Source: Candidatus Micrarchaeia archaeon (GTDB lineage Archaea > Micrarchaeota > Micrarchaeia > Burarchaeales > JACRGF01). From it: a stretch of 64,000 nucleotides of DNA. The notes beneath the pieces were generated by a model. That model had not been told where the DNA came from and did no database searches. It saw nothing but the letters and a program-made list of their open reading frames with translations. How positions within the stretch are numbered: position 1 is the first letter of the stretch; every line of letters begins with the position of its first letter. A program made the translations under genes and the position numbers. The DNA is taken from the NCBI GenBank assembly GCA_038870455.1, contig JAWCPB010000002.1, forward strand, positions 12,452 to 76,451. The letters run 5' to 3'. Positions 18,701 through 29,900 of this stretch are shown here, one piece after another.

Positions 18701-19087
18701 TTGCGCGCGCAGGCGAGCCTCGAGTTCCTTTTTCTTCTCGCTGCCTTCCTTTCCTTTCTCGCGCTTCTTCTTCCGGCAATAAACGATTTTCAAAAGGCTG
18801 CGAGCGCCCGGCTTGATGCCGAGCTGGCCTTCCTCGCGGCCGGCGACGTCGCGAGCGCGGCGAGCGAGGTGTGTCAGGCAGGCGGGGGAAGTGCGCGGGA
18901 GGTTGAAGTGAAGCTGGGGCGTGAGGCGGAAATATACGGGGATAAAGAGTTTGTTGTTGTAAAGCTTCGGTCAAACAGTTCGTTCTCGCGCGCGGGCTGC
19001 GGTGTGGATGGCTCTGTTTCTGTCAATGGCACCGCGCGCCTGAAAGTCAGGAACGAGGGCGGGATAGCCAAGCTAGGCAATGCCTAG
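18701..19087 (+). CDS. class III signal peptide pilin-like protein
   Basis: RAQASLEFL plus hydrophobic helix; TTG start inferred. Confidence 0.75.
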   Translation: MRAQASLEFLFLLAAFLSFLALLLPAINDFQKAASARLDAELAFLAAGDVASAASEVCQAGGGSAREVEVKLGREAEIYGDKEFVVVKLRSNSSFSRAGCGVDGSVSVNGTARLKVRNEGGIAKLGNA

Positions 19088-19615
19088 CGCCGCCCCGACT
19101 TCCCTGGCGTTGAACGGTGGGGCGTTGATGATGGCCGACACGCCAGGCTGGATGACGAACGACACCGCCAGCAGCACGCCCGCGGTGAGGATGGCGACGG
19201 CCACGTTCCTTCTCTTCAGCTCTCTCACCTCGTCCATGTCGGCGGTTAGCGTGTCAAGCACCTTGAGCGCGAGGAAGAGCGAGGTGAGCGCCACGAGAAG
19301 GCTCCACACCAGTTTTACGAGCGCGAGTACAACCAGCAGGAGGATGAGGGGAGCGCTCAGCCCAGCCTTGAGCTGCGCCTCGAAGTCCATGAACCCTGTC
19401 TGGATGATGCCCGCCAGCGCGATGATGATGGCGGCGACAACGATCGCCACAGCGGCGTTTCCCTTCCTCAGCTCCTCCAGCTCATCGATTTCGGGCGTGA
19501 GGCGGTCGAACAGCTTAATGCCCAGGTAGATGGCCGAGGTGGCGTACACGAGGCCGAAGAAAAGCTCGAGCGCGCCCGCGGCGATCGCGGCGAGCATCCC
19601 GACAGTCGAGGGCAT
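19073..19615 (-). CDS. DUF350 membrane protein (two repeats)
   Basis: FDRLTPEIDELEELRKGNAAVAI and LDTLTADMDEVRELKRRNVAVAI. Confidence 0.8.
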   Translation of the reverse strand: MPSTVGMLAAIAAGALELFFGLVYATSAIYLGIKLFDRLTPEIDELEELRKGNAAVAIVVAAIIIALAGIIQTGFMDFEAQLKAGLSAPLILLLVVLALVKLVWSLLVALTSLFLALKVLDTLTADMDEVRELKRRNVAVAILTAGVLLAVSFVIQPGVSAIINAPPFNAREVGAALGIA

Positions 19616-19665
19616 GCCAACACATGCACGTTGTGTTTTAAAAACGTTCAGCCCAAGTTTCACGC

Positions 19666-20844
19666 ATGCTTCAGATGGGTGTGGTGGGCGCGCCCAACAA
19701 GGGCAAGAGCACTTTCTTCGCAGCGGCGACGCTTGTCGATGTGCCGATCGCGGACTATCCATTCACCACGATAGAGGCGAACAGGGGTGTTACTTTCGTC
19801 AGGGCCGAATGCCCTCACAAGGCGCTGGGGCTGGCGGGCTGCAATGCAAGAAACAGCAGGTGCGTTGATGGCGTGCGCCTCATCCCCACCACGCTCATAG
19901 ACGTTGCCGGCCTCGTGCCGGGCGCGCACCTCGGCCGGGGCATGGGCAACGCCTTTCTCAGCGACGTCGGCAAGGCGAATGCGCTCATCCAGGTTGTCGA
20001 TGCCAGCGGCAGGACAGACCTGGAGGGGCGGCCGTGCGAGCGATGCGACCCCGGCGAGGAGGTGCGCATGCTCGAGGGCGAGGTGGCAGCCTGGATTGCG
20101 AGCATTCTCAGGCGCGCCTGGCCGAAGATACGCGGGAAGGGGGCGGCCGAGCTTGAGGGAACGCTCAGCGGGCTGGGGATCGCGCGCAGCGACATAGAGA
20201 AGGCGGCAGAGGCGTGCCACCTCTCCGTCATGGGCATCAACTGGAGCGAGGCCGACATTCTCGCCTTTGCGGCCGCGCTCAGGCAGGCCAGCAAGCCGGT
20301 CATCATAGCGGCAAACAAGATTGACCTCGATGGCGCCGCCGACAACCTGGCCGGGCTCCGCCGCGCCTTTCCCGATAAGAAAATCTTTCCCTGCTTCGCC
20401 GAGGGCGAGCTCGCCCTGCGCAGGGCCGCAGAAAAGGGGCTCGTCAAGTACGTTCCGGGAGACCCGGACTTTCGCATCACAGGAAGCGCGAGCGAGAGGC
20501 AGGTCGCCGCGCTCGAGAGCATCAGGTCCGTCATGAGGCGGCACGGCGGCACTGGCGTGCAGCCGCTCATCAACGAGGCCGCCTTCTCGCTCCTCAACCT
20601 CATCGTAGTCTATCCTGTCGAGGACGAGCACAAGCTTGCCGACCACTTCGGCAGCATCCTGCCCGACGCCCTGCTGCTGCCACGGGGCTCGACAGTGCTC
20701 GATCTCGCTGGCAAAATACACTCCGACCTCGCCGCTCACTTCATTCATGCGATTGACTGCAGGACACAGATGCGCGTGGGCAGGGAGCACGTGCTGCGCG
20801 ATGGCGACGTTATAAAAATAGTCTCAGGCAAAGCCTCAAAATAG
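19666..20844 (+). CDS. ychF: YchF/Obg-family ATPase/GTPase
   Basis: GAPNKGKST, YPFTTI, DVAGLVPGA, NKID, TGS domain. Confidence 0.93.
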   Translation: MLQMGVVGAPNKGKSTFFAAATLVDVPIADYPFTTIEANRGVTFVRAECPHKALGLAGCNARNSRCVDGVRLIPTTLIDVAGLVPGAHLGRGMGNAFLSDVGKANALIQVVDASGRTDLEGRPCERCDPGEEVRMLEGEVAAWIASILRRAWPKIRGKGAAELEGTLSGLGIARSDIEKAAEACHLSVMGINWSEADILAFAAALRQASKPVIIAANKIDLDGAADNLAGLRRAFPDKKIFPCFAEGELALRRAAEKGLVKYVPGDPDFRITGSASERQVAALESIRSVMRRHGGTGVQPLINEAAFSLLNLIVVYPVEDEHKLADHFGSILPDALLLPRGSTVLDLAGKIHSDLAAHFIHAIDCRTQMRVGREHVLRDGDVIKIVSGKASK

Positions 20845-20877
20845 CTTTTTAAACTCTATACCCGAATAAGGCTGGGG

Positions 20878-21231
20878 GTGGTGTTGATGGCTGTAAGGAA
20901 AGCAGCGAGACCAGCTAAGCCGGTCAAGCCCGAGGTCGATGTCAGGACGATGAGTTTCGTGGCGTACATACTCGGCTGGCTGACAGGGCTTATCGTGTTC
21001 CTCATCGCCAAAGACAATGAGGAGCTGAAGTTCCACGGCATGCAGAGCATCCTGCTCAACGTCGCAACCATCGTGGTGGGCATGGTGCTTTCGATCGTGT
21101 TGATCGGAATACTCGTGTTCCCGCTTGGATGGCTGTACGGCATTTACATCGGCTACAAGGCCTACCAGGGAGAGAGGGTGCTCGTGCCGGTGCTTGGAGA
21201 GTACGCGGAAAAGTTTGCGAAAGGGGGTTAG
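20878..21231 (+). CDS. DUF4870/Tic20-like membrane protein
   Basis: AY.LGW..G, KFHGMQS, KAYQGE...P.LG. Confidence 0.8.
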   Translation: MVLMAVRKAARPAKPVKPEVDVRTMSFVAYILGWLTGLIVFLIAKDNEELKFHGMQSILLNVATIVVGMVLSIVLIGILVFPLGWLYGIYIGYKAYQGERVLVPVLGEYAEKFAKGG

Positions 21232-22013
21232 GCCCCCTTCAGTTTTCTGACGAGCGCGGAGACCTCCCTCAGCCATTTTTTTTCAGTTCTCTCCGCGAGC
21301 GCGAGCTGGATGAAGGCGCTTCCAACGACAGCGCCGTCCGCACCGGCTTTCCTCAGCGCTTCGATGTGCTGTCGCCGGCTTATGCCGAAGCCCACGCACA
21401 GGGGAACGCTCGGCGCGGCGGCCTTGGCGCGCTCGACGGCTTCCACGGTGATGCGCTTCAGGCTGCTCCTGGCTCCCGTCACGCCATAGTGCGCCATGAG
21501 GTACAGGAAGCCGGTCGTGTGCCCGGCAATTTCCTTAATCCTCTCGCTGGGCGTGTTGGGCGCGATGATGAAACACGTCTTCACCCCTTTTTTTGCGCAC
21601 GCGCGCTCTAAAGGCCCGCTCTCGTCTATGGGCAGGTCTGCGACCAACAGCGCCTCAGCGCCCGTCTCACTGGCTTTTGCCGCGAACTCCTCGAGCCCCA
21701 TCTTGTAAATCAGGTTGTAGTATGTGAGCACTAAGCTCGGCGCCTTAATCCGCATTTCCTTCATCGCCCGCAGGCAGGCTCCAGGATTCGCTCCTTTGGA
21801 CAACGCGGCCTGCCCGGCGGCTTGAATGGTGGGCCCGTCGGCGATTGGGTCTGTGAAGGGAATGCCGAACTCGATGATGTCCGCGCCCGCTCTCTCGAGC
21901 GCGGCGATGGCTCTCTTGCTGGCAGGCATGGATGGAAATCCGACCGGCCAGTACGCCACGAGCGCGATGTCGCCCTTCGCCCTTGCTCTCGCGAACGCCT
22001 CTTCCAGGCTCAT
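21228..22013 (-). CDS. trpA: tryptophan synthase alpha
   Basis: [34 protein letters not shown]. Confidence 0.97.
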   Translation of the reverse strand: MSLEEAFARARAKGDIALVAYWPVGFPSMPASKRAIAALERAGADIIEFGIPFTDPIADGPTIQAAGQAALSKGANPGACLRAMKEMRIKAPSLVLTYYNLIYKMGLEEFAAKASETGAEALLVADLPIDESGPLERACAKKGVKTCFIIAPNTPSERIKEIAGHTTGFLYLMAHYGVTGARSSLKRITVEAVERAKAAAPSVPLCVGFGISRRQHIEALRKAGADGAVVGSAFIQLALAERTEKKWLREVSALVRKLKGA

Positions 22014-23203
22014 CGCCTCACCAGTCTCTGCATGGCTATGCCCATGTCCTTGTCCCCCCGTCCGCTCAGGCACACGGCAACGATGCCGTCCCTGGGCATG
22101 CCGCGCGCGATGCGGACAGCGTGGGCGAGCGCGTGCGCGCTCTCAAGCGCCGGGATGATGCCCTCCGTTTCTGAGAGCAGGGCGAACGCGGCAAGCGCCT
22201 GCTTGTCAGTGACCGCCACATAGCTCGCCCTGCGGCTTTCGCGGAGCAGGGCGTGCTCGGGCCCCACGCCAGGATAATCCAGTCCCGCGCTGACGCTGTG
22301 CGTGTCGAGAATAAGCCCCCACTTGTCCTGCAGCACGTAGCTGAGCGCGCCGTGCAGCACTCCCTCGCGCCCTGCGCACAGGCTCGCGGCGTGCCGGCCG
22401 CTCGCCAGCCCCTCGCCACCCGCCTCCACGCCGTGCAGCGCCACGCTGCCGTCTTCGATGAATGGATGAAAGAATCCAGCGGCGTTGCTGCCTCCTCCCA
22501 CGCACGCCACGAGCGCGTCAGGCAGCCTTCCCTCCGCCTCGAGAATCTGCTCGCGCGCCTCCCTGCCTATGACGCTCTGGAAGTCCCGCACGATTCTCGG
22601 ATAAGGATGCGGCCCCACCACCGAGCCGAGCAGGTAGTGCGTGTTGCCGATGTTTGTTATCCAGTCCCTGATGGCCTCGTTTATGGCATCCTTGAGCGTG
22701 CGTGCCCCGCTGCCAACGGGCCTCACGGTGGCTCCGAGCAGCTTCATCCTGAACACGTTCAGCTCCTGCCTCTTGACATCCACCTCGCCCATGTAAACGA
22801 CGCACCGCAGGCCCAGCATGGCGGCCGCCGCGGCGGTGGCCACGCCATGCTGTCCGGCGCCCGTCTCGGCTATGACGCGCTGCTTGCCCATGTACTTGGC
22901 CAGCAGCGCCTGGCCTATGCAGTTGTTGGCTTTGTGCGCGCCCAGATGGCACAGGTCCTCCCTCTTCAAGTAGATGCGCGCCCCGCCGACCTTTTTGGTG
23001 AGGTTGGCGGCGTAATAGAGGGGCGTGGGCCTGCCCACCCACTCCCTGAGCGCTGCCTTGAGCGTCCTCTGCTGCGTTTCATCGCGCATGAACTTTGCAT
23101 ACGCTGTCTCAAGCTCCCTGAGCGCTGGAATGAGCACTTCCGGAACGAATTTTCCTCCGTATTTGCCAAATCTTCCCCTGTCGTCAGGCCAGTCGTACGC
23201 CAT
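22010..23203 (-). CDS. trpB: tryptophan synthase beta (TrpB1)
   Basis: [45 protein letters not shown]. Confidence 0.97.
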   Translation of the reverse strand: MAYDWPDDRGRFGKYGGKFVPEVLIPALRELETAYAKFMRDETQQRTLKAALREWVGRPTPLYYAANLTKKVGGARIYLKREDLCHLGAHKANNCIGQALLAKYMGKQRVIAETGAGQHGVATAAAAAMLGLRCVVYMGEVDVKRQELNVFRMKLLGATVRPVGSGARTLKDAINEAIRDWITNIGNTHYLLGSVVGPHPYPRIVRDFQSVIGREAREQILEAEGRLPDALVACVGGGSNAAGFFHPFIEDGSVALHGVEAGGEGLASGRHAASLCAGREGVLHGALSYVLQDKWGLILDTHSVSAGLDYPGVGPEHALLRESRRASYVAVTDKQALAAFALLSETEGIIPALESAHALAHAVRIARGMPRDGIVAVCLSGRGDKDMGIAMQRLVRR

Positions 23204-23208
23204 CCAAA

Positions 23209-23502
23209 TCACAGCCGATACACTTGAACGTGCGGCACTCCTTGAATCAGCACAACATCGCTTTTTTTCGCGAGCCCGCTTTCTATAACGAGCGCGACCG
23301 ACTTTTTCCCAACTGCATTCACGCTCGATGCCCTGCCGAGCTCTGCGCGCGCGGCCTTCTCCTCCCCTCTCTTCCCGTAGAAGCCCGCGAACTTCTTGAG
23401 GTCGAGCACCCTCCCCCCTTCCCTGAAAACCATTCCAACAACCTCGTCGTCGCACAGCGCGAGGATGCGCGCTCCTCCCTTTGAATGAACGCGGAAGAGC
23501 AT
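23209..23502 (-). CDS. DUF424 protein
   Basis: ILALCD.E..G, FYG, N.VG..SV, GVPHVQ. Confidence 0.85.
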   Translation of the reverse strand: MLFRVHSKGGARILALCDDEVVGMVFREGGRVLDLKKFAGFYGKRGEEKAARAELGRASSVNAVGKKSVALVIESGLAKKSDVVLIQGVPHVQVYRL

Positions 23503-23526
23503 GGGAGGAATTGGCTGGGAGGATGT

Positions 23527-25050
23527 TTAAGCTTTTCGCGCCGGCGCGGTCGCGGCCCTGGCATCTGTGCTCAGGGCGAACACGGCCGCGCTCGAGAAGA
23601 GCCAGCCGTACCAGAAAAGCCAGAACCCACCTATCAGGTCAAGCCTGATGAACGAGATGGCCGCGAATAGCAGCAGCACGCCGGACAGCGCGCTCTCCCA
23701 CTTTGTCTTCGCCACCGCGTCCGCCCAGCTCATGCTGTGCGCCGCCTGCCTCGTCATGACGAACCGCGTGGGCAGGCCGAGCAGCGCGACCGCGATGGCC
23801 CTCGCCCTCGTCAGCGCCACTGCGAAGTTTATGAACATCACCATGAGCCCGAGGCGGTAGCTTCCGAAGTAGAGCTTGGCGCCAGCGACCACCATGGCTA
23901 TGATGGCCACCATGTAGGTGAGCGCGATGAAGTGCGCGAACTCAGGGATGAGCGCGAAGGAAAAGAATATCGTCGTGCTGAGGTTGAGCACCACGAAGGC
24001 GAGCGTCAGCAGCGCGTAGAATATGAAGAGGTAGGAGAGGTAGGCGAAGGAAAAGACCTGCGAGGCGTAGTGCAGCTGCTTGGCCAGCGGAATGCGTGCG
24101 ATGTTTTTGAGGTAAGTCCATACCAGCCAGGTGTTGCCTATCGTGTACCTCCACTGCTGCGCCAGGAAGGTGGCGAAGCTCTCGATGGGCTCGCCGAGCG
24201 CGTACGCGCGCGGGTTGAATGCCCCTCCCATGCCCCGCAGGTCGGCCAGGAAGGAGAAGGCCGTGTCCTCAGTTGGCGAGGCCGGGAACCCGCCTATCTT
24301 CTCCACCGCGCTCTTCCTTATGACGCCCGCGCTTCCGCAGAACATCCCGCTGCGATCGGCGCCCCTCACGGGCTGGACGAAATTATAGAAAAAGCTGTAG
24401 TAGGCGTTCACCGTGTTGGCAAACAGCGAGCCCGGCGCGTACTCCTTCCTCGTCTGCACGCTGGCGAGAGACGGGTCTGCCAGCAGGAAGCCGATGTTCT
24501 CCTTGAGGAAGGCCGGGTTGACCAGCACGTCATCAGCATCGAAAAGCGCGATGAACTCTTCCTTTATGCTCGGAAGGAGTTTGTTGAGCGCGTAGCTCTT
24601 GAGCTTCACGGGATTGTGGATGAATGCATAGCGGATGCCGTGCCTGCGGCAGAAGCCCGCCAGCGCCGTGTCCGGCCTGTCCGAGTTGTCTATGACATAA
24701 TACGCAAGTTTTTCCCTCGGCCAATCCACCGCGAGCAGCGAGCGCAGCGTCTTCTCAACAGTTTCTAACTTCTCGTTTCTCGCCGGAACGACGACCGCCA
24801 CGCGCGGCAGCGAGCGAACGGGCGGGATTCTGACGCGCGCGGCCGAAAAAGAGGCGAGGTAATAATAGCAGCCGGCTATGTTGAACAGCGCATTGACGGC
24901 AAGCAGCAGCACAAACACGCCGCCGAGCACCTTCTCGGCAGGCGAGCCCAGCACGAACAGCACGAGGTAGCACCCATAGCCCACCCCAACTAGTGAGATG
25001 GCCGTTATCAGGGAAGTGAGTGCATACCTTTTCCAAGCCGGGGTCTCCAT
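23527..25050 (-). CDS. processive GT2 glycosyltransferase (cellulose synthase-like)
   Basis: PARNE, IDNSD, FDADD, TED, QQWRY, with N- and C-terminal TMs. Confidence 0.88.
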   Translation of the reverse strand: METPAWKRYALTSLITAISLVGVGYGCYLVLFVLGSPAEKVLGGVFVLLLAVNALFNIAGCYYYLASFSAARVRIPPVRSLPRVAVVVPARNEKLETVEKTLRSLLAVDWPREKLAYYVIDNSDRPDTALAGFCRRHGIRYAFIHNPVKLKSYALNKLLPSIKEEFIALFDADDVLVNPAFLKENIGFLLADPSLASVQTRKEYAPGSLFANTVNAYYSFFYNFVQPVRGADRSGMFCGSAGVIRKSAVEKIGGFPASPTEDTAFSFLADLRGMGGAFNPRAYALGEPIESFATFLAQQWRYTIGNTWLVWTYLKNIARIPLAKQLHYASQVFSFAYLSYLFIFYALLTLAFVVLNLSTTIFFSFALIPEFAHFIALTYMVAIIAMVVAGAKLYFGSYRLGLMVMFINFAVALTRARAIAVALLGLPTRFVMTRQAAHSMSWADAVAKTKWESALSGVLLLFAAISFIRLDLIGGFWLFWYGWLFSSAAVFALSTDARAATAPARKA

Positions 25051-25099
25051 GCCGGTTTTTTGGCAGGCTAATTTTATAAAGAGCCCCCTCAGCACACCA

Positions 25100-25873
25100 T
25101 TACCTTAGCCCGGCCGCCCATCGCAGCGCGCAGGCCAGAAGCCCCGCATACTCCTTCACGCCCGTGAACAGCGAGGAGGTTTTGCTCGCACTCTTCGGCT
25201 CAATGGCGTAACTCACGCTGACCGGCGTGCTCTCAACGCGCAGCCCGCTCTCGAGGGCGTTGAACAGCATGCCCAGATCGGCATCAAAGCCGTCCTCCTC
25301 GAACCTCACCCTGTTTTTTCTGAGCGCGCGAAACCCGCACAGCGGGTCCCTGACGTGCGGCGCCCGCAACCCAACGATTGCGCGGATGAGCGCGTTGGCG
25401 AGCCTCCTGTGGAGCGGCAGCGCCGCCCTTCTGGCGAACCTGTCCCCGACCACAAGGTCAGCGCCATTCAGTTTCTGCAGCAGGGCCGGTATCTCGTAGG
25501 GAGAATGCTGGTTGTCGCCGTCCATGAGCACTATTTTCTCGGTGGGCGCGGTGCGCAGGCCGCTCCTCACCGCGGCTCCTTTTCCGAGGTTCCTCCAGTG
25601 CCTGACCACCCTGAAGCCAAATCGCTTTCCAATTTTTGCCGTCCTGTCGGTCGAGCCGTCGTCCACTATGATGACGTTCCGCGTCACCTTCCTCAGCCTC
25701 TCCAGGAGAAGCGGGAGGTTGGCGCTCTCGTTGTAGGCCGGAATGACCACGGTGTAATCGAAGGGGTCGCTCCTGTCCTCATTCGCCCTCTCCCTGTGCA
25801 GCTCGCTGGGCGGCGCGACAACCACTCTCTCAAGCAGCTCGCCGACAACAGCGCGGGCCCTTTTCCTCCTCAT
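25100..25873 (-). CDS. GT2 polyprenol-phosphate glycosyltransferase-like
   Basis: IPAYNE, VDDGSTD, GKG.A, MDGDNQH, D.LCGFRA. Confidence 0.9.
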   Translation of the reverse strand: MRRKRARAVVGELLERVVVAPPSELHRERANEDRSDPFDYTVVIPAYNESANLPLLLERLRKVTRNVIIVDDGSTDRTAKIGKRFGFRVVRHWRNLGKGAAVRSGLRTAPTEKIVLMDGDNQHSPYEIPALLQKLNGADLVVGDRFARRAALPLHRRLANALIRAIVGLRAPHVRDPLCGFRALRKNRVRFEEDGFDADLGMLFNALESGLRVESTPVSVSYAIEPKSASKTSSLFTGVKEYAGLLACALRWAAGLR

Positions 25874-28048
25874 TCACTCACTTCGAAATGCATGCATGAA
25901 TCCATTGTCGTAAATCCTGTCGAGGCCTGGAAGGTCCCTGCTCTCGTGCAGGTCGTCGAGCACGAGCAGGGTGATGTTGTATGCCGCCAGGGGGCTTATA
26001 TTCTTTTGCTCGTAGTAATCGGTGGCGGCCCGCCACTTCGCGTAGTCAGCCCACTCGACGTACAGGTCCGCCAGCACAGGCCTCTTGCCGTGGTACGCCG
26101 CGAGGTGGCCGAAATAAGGATTGATGGCAACACGCTCATTGCCTGTCGTGTATCGCGCGATGTATCTCATGGGCTGGAGGCAGTAATCATTGGCCTGTCC
26201 CCACGTGCACCACCACTTTGTTCCTGAGCTGATGAGCGGCGTGGTGAGGTAGTTCGCGGCGACTATGGCGAGCACGAGCGCGAGCAGGCCGGGCGTCATG
26301 ATTCTGCGCAGGATGAGGGGCACGCCCGTGGCGATTGCGAAAGCAAACAGCAGGTTCGCCCTGAACGAGATGAACGCGTTCGCGTAGAAGAAGAGGAGTA
26401 TGGCGAGCGCGGGAAGAAAAACACCCCTCCACAACCCGTAAAGCGCCGCGATGAGCGCGAGCACGAGCACGAACTGGAAGTCGAACTGCAGGCCCTCGAG
26501 CCCGAAGGAAAGCAGATAGCCCCACCGCTGGGGGACGATCTCGCTCGGCAGCCCGTTCGCCAGAAAAATGGAGAGCAGGAACGGCGTTGACAGCAGGGCG
26601 GCTACTGCGAGCACAACCGCGCTCCTCCTCGCCCACTTCCAGTCGAACCGGTATTCCCTGCTCATGAAAGAAAAGAACGGAAACAGCACGAGCGAGGTCG
26701 GATGCGCGATGAGGGACAGCGCGAGCGCGCCAGCCGACAGCGCCGCGTTGCGCTCAAGCAGGAAAACGGCGATGTTGAGGAAACCGTAGGCGTACAGGTG
26801 GAGGGTGATGCCTGTCGCGGTGTAGAGCGTCGCCCACTCCGAGAGGAACAGCGCGCTCGCGAGAATCCGCTCGTGCATCCTCCACCTTTCGAACACCGCG
26901 TACAGCGTGAGGGCGAAAAAAGCGGCGACCAGGAGATTGAGCGGCAGCTGGATGTCCGCGATGTCGTGCGCGCCGGAGAGCCTCGCGGCTTGGGCGGCGA
27001 ACTCCATGAAACCCGGCGGGTAGGTGAAGGGCCTTCCCAGGTAGCTGAGCTCGTCGAAGTAGTCCGTCGTGCCGCGCTGCAGCGCGGCCTGCGCCTGCCT
27101 GTAATAATAGGAGCCCCACACGTCCTCTTTCCCTACGAGCGCGGTGAGGATGGCGACATAGAGCGCGAACGCGGCGGCGAAGACAAACGCCTGCTTCAAC
27201 AGGCTCGCCTGCCCGCCCGCGCCCGTTTTTGTTCCCCTCCTCCACTCCCATGCCACGACCGAAAGCGCGGCGCCCGCAGCCACCCACCCGAGCCCCCACC
27301 ATGCGAGGCGGAAGTGTAGCGTCAGCACGGCCGCAAGGAAAATAAAGAACGCGAACGCTTTTTCAACCGGCTCCCGCCTGCTCACGAAAAGGAAAGCGAA
27401 TGCCAGCGCTAAAACTGCAAGAAGCGCATAATCGTATTCTCCCGGCACAGTCACGGCAGCGCGCAGCACTTCCCTCTGCAGCAGTTCGACCCTCACCTCC
27501 CTTCTTCCGGCCGCAACAGGATACACCCTCTCCTTCAAGGCAAAGCTTCCGTTGAGCCTGACGAGCGGCGTCGCAATCTCCCTGTCATCAACAAAAATCC
27601 GCGCGCGCTTCCACCCGTTCGTCCTACCCTCTCCGCTCACCTCAATGAAAATCGTCCCGTTCGCGGCGTACGCGTGCACTTCCCTCACGCTCACCCACTC
27701 GCCCGGCTCCCCCTCCGCCACGGCATAGTCAAAGCGCAGGAGGAGGCTTCCGCACTCCACCTCAACTCTCCCGCCGCATTCCTCATAGGAAACGTTGTTC
27801 TCCCCCTGCCTCAGCACCGCTTCCCTGCCGCACACCGAGCACTCCATGGGCCTTGATGCATACACCGTGAAGTTTCCGCCGCTCACCGCTTCTTTTCTCT
27901 CCAGCAGGAATATCTCCGGAGGGGGCTCGATTCCTGTGGCGAGGTTGAAGTAGATGGAGTGCATTTTCGTGAAGTGATAGGCCGCGAACGCCGCAAAGGA
28001 CAGGAAGAGGATCGCCGCCAGGGCGAGAGCCTCGCGCTCTCTTTTCAT
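25874..28048 (-). CDS. multi-pass membrane protein, GT-C-like
   Basis: >12 TM; D.LSY.GRP.TYPPG loop; C-terminal soluble domain. Confidence 0.6.
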   Translation of the reverse strand: MKREREALALAAILFLSFAAFAAYHFTKMHSIYFNLATGIEPPPEIFLLERKEAVSGGNFTVYASRPMECSVCGREAVLRQGENNVSYEECGGRVEVECGSLLLRFDYAVAEGEPGEWVSVREVHAYAANGTIFIEVSGEGRTNGWKRARIFVDDREIATPLVRLNGSFALKERVYPVAAGRREVRVELLQREVLRAAVTVPGEYDYALLAVLALAFAFLFVSRREPVEKAFAFFIFLAAVLTLHFRLAWWGLGWVAAGAALSVVAWEWRRGTKTGAGGQASLLKQAFVFAAAFALYVAILTALVGKEDVWGSYYYRQAQAALQRGTTDYFDELSYLGRPFTYPPGFMEFAAQAARLSGAHDIADIQLPLNLLVAAFFALTLYAVFERWRMHERILASALFLSEWATLYTATGITLHLYAYGFLNIAVFLLERNAALSAGALALSLIAHPTSLVLFPFFSFMSREYRFDWKWARRSAVVLAVAALLSTPFLLSIFLANGLPSEIVPQRWGYLLSFGLEGLQFDFQFVLVLALIAALYGLWRGVFLPALAILLFFYANAFISFRANLLFAFAIATGVPLILRRIMTPGLLALVLAIVAANYLTTPLISSGTKWWCTWGQANDYCLQPMRYIARYTTGNERVAINPYFGHLAAYHGKRPVLADLYVEWADYAKWRAATDYYEQKNISPLAAYNITLLVLDDLHESRDLPGLDRIYDNGFMHAFRSE

Positions 28049-29247
28049 GCCTTCTCCTCGCTCATGAACTCCCTCAGCAGGCTCGTGGCGTAGCAGCCGG
28101 CCGGGAGGGAAAAGCGGAACTCCACCATTCCCTTTCCTTCCTCGGCCGCAAACCCAGTGTAGGGCGCGAGAACCACCCTGCGCGCTCCTCGGCTGCTTGC
28201 CTCAGGCAGGGAGCGGATGCGGAAGTCGGCCGCGCCCACCCCCTCTTGCTCGAGAATGCTTTTCTCCCTTTCATTTGGCTTGGTGTCAAAGCCTATCACC
28301 TTGCCCACGATGAACTTCCCCCTTGCGGATTTTTTTTCAATCTCCGGAAAGCCCATGCTCCCTTCCCCGCAAAAATATTCGCCTCCTTCCCTCCTCACCT
28401 CGCCCTCGCTTATTCTCTGGCTCAGCGCGAGGTTGAACAGCCAGGCCTGGTATGCGTGCACGAACATGAGCAGGAGCCCGCGGGGAAGCGCGCGCAGCGC
28501 GCCGGCCCAGTCCCTTGGGTTGGAGGCAAGCCTGTGCAGGAGGGCGCGCTCGTACTTGAGGTGGCGGGGAAAATAGGAGAGAGCGCGCGCGAAGTCATTC
28601 TCTGCTGAAAGCGTTTTCCTCGCTTCCCTCGCGGCCGCGTCCTCCTCCTCCCCCTGGAAGCACAGGTAGTTGAGCACAGCAGCGCGCAGATTCCCCTTCA
28701 CGAGCTCCCTGCCGACCAGGTGCGTGTTGCCCCTGAGCGCGCCGAACCTCTGGGCGCCGAAATAGTTTGGGAACAGCCCGCCGAGCTCGTCGTCTATCGC
28801 GCGGGTTTTTTCCAACGCGTTTTTCCCGGTTCCCCTTACGACGATGCGAAAGCGGTTTCCCAGCAGCTCGCCCACGCCCACTTTCTCCCCCTTCCACGCC
28901 CCGAGTATGTCGATGTCCTTGAGCCGCATCCCAACCAGTTTTTCTGGCTCGACGCCCCACACGCTGCACAGCTGCGTGCTCACGGCCACCCTGTCCTTCG
29001 TGCCCGCGCACGAGAAGCGCCGTCTTCCCACACCAAGCCTCCTCGCCATCTCAGCCAGCGCCTGTTCGGTGTTCCAGTTTCTTTTCTGCAGCACGAAGCG
29101 CGTGAATTCCCCGGAGCCGTTTTTTTTCACGCGCTTTCCCTCTTCCAGCACCTTCCCTTCTCGCGTTATCTCCTCCACGACAAAGTCTTCCGGCGCTTCC
29201 TTAATCCTTCCCCCGATTCCAGGGGTTCTTGAGCGGAATGCCCACAC
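28045..29247 (-). CDS. truD: tRNA pseudouridine(13) synthase
   Basis: IK..PEDFVVEE, AGTKDR, GNRF.I, PNYFG.QRFG, F.LPAG.YAT. Confidence 0.96.
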   Translation of the reverse strand: MWAFRSRTPGIGGRIKEAPEDFVVEEITREGKVLEEGKRVKKNGSGEFTRFVLQKRNWNTEQALAEMARRLGVGRRRFSCAGTKDRVAVSTQLCSVWGVEPEKLVGMRLKDIDILGAWKGEKVGVGELLGNRFRIVVRGTGKNALEKTRAIDDELGGLFPNYFGAQRFGALRGNTHLVGRELVKGNLRAAVLNYLCFQGEEEDAAAREARKTLSAENDFARALSYFPRHLKYERALLHRLASNPRDWAGALRALPRGLLLMFVHAYQAWLFNLALSQRISEGEVRREGGEYFCGEGSMGFPEIEKKSARGKFIVGKVIGFDTKPNEREKSILEQEGVGAADFRIRSLPEASSRGARRVVLAPYTGFAAEEGKGMVEFRFSLPAGCYATSLLREFMSEEKA

Positions 29248-29309
29248 GCGCTTCTTTTCTCGCGGGAGTATGAAAAAGCTTTTTATATCCCTCGCTGCAA
29301 GCGCTATGC

Positions 29310-29873
29310 GTGTGGGGGGTTACGCGCGAGCTGCTGGCGGAGAACAAGCTTTTCTTCCTGCGCCTCGTGCTTTCTGTCACTCTCTGTACGGGCGGCGTGC
29401 TCGTGCTCATAGCCTCGTGGTACGCCTCCTCTCAGATAGCCAACGCCTATCCCACCGAGCCCATCTCAGCCCTGCCCATTCCGCAGCTTGTCTATAACGC
29501 CGCGCTGCCCGCCGGCTCCGGCCTCGGCCTCTTCCTGCTCGGGCTCATAGCCCGCTTCGCCACGAGGGGCTCCCTGCCATGGCTGGTCATGGCCGCCCTC
29601 GTGTGGGCTCTCAGCGGATACAACCTGTACTCCATCGGACTCTACCGCCCGCAGGCTCCCTTCAGCGAGTACCTCTCCCAGACCGTCACCTTCCTCCTGC
29701 TCGGCCTCGTGCTCTTCGGCGTGGCGGTGCTCGTGTCGTGGCACGGTGAGGTCGTCGCCCTCGTGGCCCGCCACCGTGCGAGGGAGAAGGAGGCTCCGCG
29801 CAGGAAGGAGGAGAAGCCGAAAGCCTCCGAACGCACGCCCGCGCACGCGCGTTCAGAAGAGGAAAACGAGTAA
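29310..29873 (+). CDS. four-TM hypothetical protein
   Basis: Hydrophobic segments and a charged tail. Confidence 0.65.
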   Translation: MWGVTRELLAENKLFFLRLVLSVTLCTGGVLVLIASWYASSQIANAYPTEPISALPIPQLVYNAALPAGSGLGLFLLGLIARFATRGSLPWLVMAALVWALSGYNLYSIGLYRPQAPFSEYLSQTVTFLLLGLVLFGVAVLVSWHGEVVALVARHRAREKEAPRRKEEKPKASERTPAHARSEEENE

Positions 29874-29900
29874 ATAACTTGTTCTGCAGAACCACTCCTC

